This document shows positions 58,910 through 64,000 of a stretch of DNA of 64,000 bases, in pieces. The stretch lies in the NCBI GenBank assembly GCA_051294905.1, contig CM119375.1:26288001-26352000 (forward strand). Direction: 5' to 3'. The notes beneath the pieces were generated by a model. The model saw only the letters and a list, made by a program, of their open reading frames with translations, was not told the origin of the DNA and made no database searches. The stretch comes from Botryllus schlosseri (Eukaryota). A program made the position numbers and the translations under genes. Within the stretch, counting starts at the first letter, position 1, and each line of letters begins with the position of its first letter.

Positions 58910-61900
58910 AAGAGATTCACATGCGACGTATGAAGGACTGGACGTAACTATGATGCGGGCCAAGGTTTGATGCTTAGAAAGTTCGAGAATCTATGCATTA
59001 CATATATATAGAATATGGTCTTCTACTACACAGATACTTTCACGAATCGCAACCATACCGGATGAAAAAACATTTTCATAGTTACTATCATTTGCATTCT
59101 CAAGGTGATACGAATCCTCTTTAATGCAATATATGGAATTATGAGTAGAATCGGCATTTGCCTCATGCTAAATTACTAAATTACTTAATTGCCGAAATGC
59201 TCCATATTTGCAAATAAAATAAATCGAATGTAGGTTTGGTAGGCTACAAACTTAATGTGAACTTAGTGGGGAAACTACCCTGCAAGTCGGTAAATACAGC
59301 GACAGAGCGCATTCTCAAACATAAATACCCTCACGTTCACACCATTCCCGATTAACGGCAATAACGCAGATGCGTATCGACAGAAACTAATATATATATG
59401 GGTCGGGTCACACCATCAAACAGTGTTTTGATAATCCAAGGCTTACTACCAATACATACCTTCATTCTCTTGTGCTTTGACTACATAAAAACTCGAAACG
59501 ATGAACAAAAGATTAAACACACATAAACGACATATAATCATGATCAAACTAAATACAAATTCTGAAAGAACAAAGTGGATTTTCATTTCATTACAAAGTG
59601 TTATGAAAAATATAAGCTCGTCGGTTTATCTGAGACTTATTATAAAAGATGCATGCAAAAATCTAACACCCCTTGAATTTTTGCAATAGCACAATAATCG
59701 TTTCTTAGTTAGGACGAAATAAAGATATGGCTGCCAAGTTTACTTTACATTGTCAAGTACAGGCTGAGCCGAGAACCGAGTCCGTCGGATAGCTAGCTGC
59801 AATGTTTATCATAGCCCTTATGTTAACATTATGCCCAGACCAACATTTCACAGATCGATATACAACAAAATTTGAAATCACCTATTCAGCTATACAACAG
59901 CTATTGCAGGCAAATCGCATACTGCCGTCGATGAATGTTCTTCAACAAATTACTCGCAAATAGAAATACGTCCGTGGCAAAGACATAGTTGTAATTTGAA
60001 GCAACGCTTTCGTTTCCGGTCATTGCGAACGGTTACCGTACTGTTTTGAATTATATTTATTGAATTATATTTACTCTGATAAGATGACATGTATAAATTT
60101 CCCAATAATTATTGTGAAACTCGAGTGTTGAAAATCAGATGACCCAGTATTTCTGTTACTATTGTTGTTGTTAGAGATCATCTCTGTGGTAATTCAAAAG
60201 TTGCAGAGTCGATTCGCATTTTGCGAGACCAAGTATAACAATATTAATTAATATCTATCTGCCTACGATAGCATGACTTTTATTGTTATCAGATTGCAAT
60301 GTAATGGAAGTGTTACGATGTTCATATGATTTCCAGTAAATCGAGATATGATTGACAAAGTTTCCATCTTGCGGTTGGGAATACTTGAAATATAGGTCGA
60401 TATTTTACAGTTCAGCAGGTTTCCCGCTATATTTCCCTTATAACCTTAGGTATTAGTAAGCATGAGTGTGAGTAAGCCTGATATAGGAGTGCTAACAACT
60501 GTTTCTATGTTCACGTTTGATGTACATCTAATCACGTAAAGGCCGATGTAAATTTCACACTCGCGCCCACATCATTGTCACTTGATACTGTCATCACTAA
60601 ATATTTTGCGATAGATAATTCGAGCTATGAAATCATTCCATAACCATTACGATCATTATTTCCATTCGCAAGTCGCAATTTATTGAACCCTACCTACGTC
60701 TTAATGTCACGATTAGGCCTACATTTAAAACCTAATGCTTCCACGCTGGGTTATAAACAGCATACTGGTCGATCACAATTCAACTGACATCGTCTCAAAA
60801 AGATTGTGCAGTAAATAGATCGCAATGCAGTAGAATTACACTACAGAGAATGAGGACAATAAAACCAGGCGATTTATAGTCGTATTGACCCCGAGATAAC
60901 AGACTCTCTGACTTGATTGAATAGTATAGTCATATTGAAATGAACCCGAATATTTTCGGTGACACTCGTCAGGGGTAATCGTCAGCAACTAGTAGAGAAT
61001 TGGAAAGAACATTGTCTGTGCAAAGTATTCCGTACGTGCGGTCATCACATCTACAATATTTTAGCTCCGTAGACTGCCTTACAATGTTACGCTTTTCAAA
61101 TCGCTAATTGCTTCAACTATTTCATCAACATCATATCGACGCCATTTGATAGATTGTTCGCATCGTAATATTGCTCATATTTTATTATTTCTTCATTAAT
61201 TCCATCACGAATGAAGAGATTTGGTTAATATTGCAATTCTCATAACTCATAAGTCATAACTATATTCGTGGCGGTATCTGGAAGATCCGTTATCGAATTG
61301 GCCGCATTTCAGTCGCCTTGTAGCGGTCTGTACGAAGTAAGGAATCCCAAGGAATAAATTATGAAATTGTATGGGCATTGGGCACACAATATATGTGAAT
61401 TATCATCTTATATTACCACGAATATTCAGGAATACACTATTCATTTCCCAGTGCGAATGAAGCATATGAATGTATAGCTTTAATTTCTTATGCCTTATTT
61501 TGATCGCCAATCATACAATCAAATACTCTGGAAAATACTATATCCGAACGCAAAACAATAATTAAAAGTACGGCCCACAATGACACTGTACTGAAATTAC
61601 GACTTCACAATGATTGTCGGCTTACATTCTGCCTCTAAGATGTTGCGGAAATTACAACATACTACCATTATTGTGGAATTAGGATCGAAGTCGATATTTT
61701 CGGGCCCAGCCTTATATTCGTGAATATCGTAATGTCACAATATGAAATCATCGTTGCATCGTGAAATCATCATACACATATTCTCGCTAGCAATACCGAC
61801 ACCGACAACAGCTGCCGGTAAAGATGCATCATTGATGGATTCCCATGACAATTGACTTTGAATTTCAAAACTTGTATTCACAGCGGTAACCGATATCATA

Positions 61901-64000
61901 ATCTCAAACCGTACGTTACGTCATAATTTCCGCGTAATCGACAATCACTTTTGTTCACAGTATACAAATAAACCATGCAATCACTAATTAATACATTGCT
62001 GCGTAGGTATTGCTCCCAATGAATCTACGTTCTAACCATTATCCTATGGATAGTGAATTGTCATCAGAAATTGAATGACTGCTACAAACTTAAACCTTTG
62101 CCGTCTTTGACGTATTCTTTTCCATTAAATGCATTTAATTTGTTAATGCTAACAAATGTATTTCTATGGAATGACGTGATCTGTGAAAACGCCGAAACAG
62201 CCGATGCGCATCTGTGAGGGGTTTGCTTGGGCAATAGACATCGTTAGCTTCGCTTGCTTGTATCTTACAACTATCTAGATTGGAGTTGCGTGTTCAATAG
62301 CGCTTGCCACGCAATATTACGCAGAAAACCAGCTGAATCTGATGATAGCAATAGCTATGCTAACGCTATGAGTAGACTCAAGCTTTCGGAATCTGCTTCC
62401 GAACTGGATTCGCGGCACTTTCTGTATCAGCGCGCCCGAATCAACGCACACAAGTCGGATTAAAAATTCTACTATTGTTAGCTACCAGCACGGTCCATTG
62501 TTTAATCTTGAATCAACATCGTAAAATATGGAATATAATATTGAGCAAGGGCGTAACCCGCCCGCATAGACAGTTCAATGGGGCCTTCGTATCTAGCAAA
62601 ACCTGCCTCAAATACGGATACCAGAAAACCGACCGATTATGTGCTTACGTGCTTTACCGCCAGTGTATATTGGCATTTCTGACAACATTGACAACATTTC
62701 TAATCCTTTCGACACTTTCCGAGGAGTTCATGTAACCACTGTGGCTGGCGGTCGGATCTTACAGCTACATGCAGTCCACAAATGCAGGTTATCTATAAAA
62801 GTATTCGCTCTATTCAACTGCTCGGGCCCCTGAGTAGCTTTGGCTCTAATTACGCAATAGGTACCGAGTCTGACTTGATTAACAGTTTCTTTAAGTGCAG
62901 CGTTATGCTCGAATAGTAGTGACAACAAACAGCCGAACACTGTACTAAGCTCGAACGGGATATCCGTAACCTCCCTGGCTACGCGATCACCCTATATATG
63001 CGAACTAGTTTAATACTATGTCAGCATCATGCCATTGGGCAGATAACAAAACTCTATGCCTACTGTATGCAGTACCGTCGCAGTAGGCCTACATGACGCC
63101 GCCATAGAGGCGTCTGATGTAAACGGACACACCCACTAAAGCAAATATAAGTGCCGCATCGTGTATAAGATTGCCATATGTTAAATGTCATATTCCATCA
63201 CGATGTATACATATCCTGCAATATAAGCCATTGCAGACAGTATACGTAGCATACCATTCAGTTTTCAGGTACTGTGCGAACCGATGCGAACCAAGACAAG
63301 ATTTAACCCTGCCCCGGTATACGCCTATGTCAGAAACAATTGTTGTCGTCACTCCGCACCAATATATTTTGACAACGCGGTGGTCAAACTTGCGGCCCGT
63401 GAGAAGGCAGATGATGACCTTCTATTAATGTATTTAGTAAACTCTAAAAAAATGTAGATAAATCAGACCTTGTAAAAGAGGTCGTAACTTCGATGCGATG
63501 CAGATGCCGTGCGAAAAATAAGTTTCCTACACCTGTGCAGTCAGTGTGCGTAATGCGTATACGACGATATACTCGGCTGGATTTTCTTTACTGAATAATA
63601 AAATCGTCTTTTGGGGACAATCACTTACTACCGAATTCTGAATATTAGCATGAATTGTGATATGCGACACTTGGTGAATTCAGGACCGTATATTAAAATA
63701 TTCGGGCTGCAGGTTTGGGTTAGGTGAATGCTCGGGGTAGTACTATGTGGATGGACAAAGTCGCGTGTCCGACTTCGATCCTGTTTCTTAAAAATAGAAT
63801 CCGACTCAGGCCGCATAAAAAATATGAATCCAGCTCCGGTCAAAAATATAAAATAATATATCCACGACAGATCTGGTGAAATCCTGTATACTACTCTCGA
63901 CTACTCCGGACGCATCAGGAGAAGTGCGAATCCGCGCCCGGTGTTATCAGCAAAAGTATGAATCCGATTCGATCTGGGCCCGGCCAAAAATTACAAAAAA

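Noticed and set aside
58300-64000. Candidates for the integrin signal-peptide exon (about 59300, 59750, 62300, 62900)
   Set aside because: None gave an ATG plus hydrophobic core plus phase-1 donor without stops, so the first exon is left unassigned.

Overview
AT-rich, intron- and MITE-rich eukaryotic DNA. It looks like an invertebrate chordate such as a tunicate, but that is inference only. Positions 150-58280 are occupied by one minus-strand gene that I reconstructed by hand as 59 GT-AG exons (9720 nt, about 3240 codons). All exons join in frame with no internal stop. The gene encodes an integrin beta subunit: PSI, hybrid, betaI with intact MIDAS/ADMIDAS, four I-EGF, beta-tail and TM. The betaI and juxtamembrane regions carry beta-4-type signatures. 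After the TM comes a cytoplasmic tail of at least 20 tandem Calx-beta domains (about 2400 aa in-window) that runs off the left edge. I could not locate the signal-peptide exon. One intron holds an intact hAT (hATm-like) DNA transposon with a 775-aa transposase, perfect 144-bp TIRs and an 8-bp TSD. Other introns hold several non-autonomous TIR families, including a 1.96-kb long-form element. The most interesting item is the giant Calx-beta-array integrin beta.
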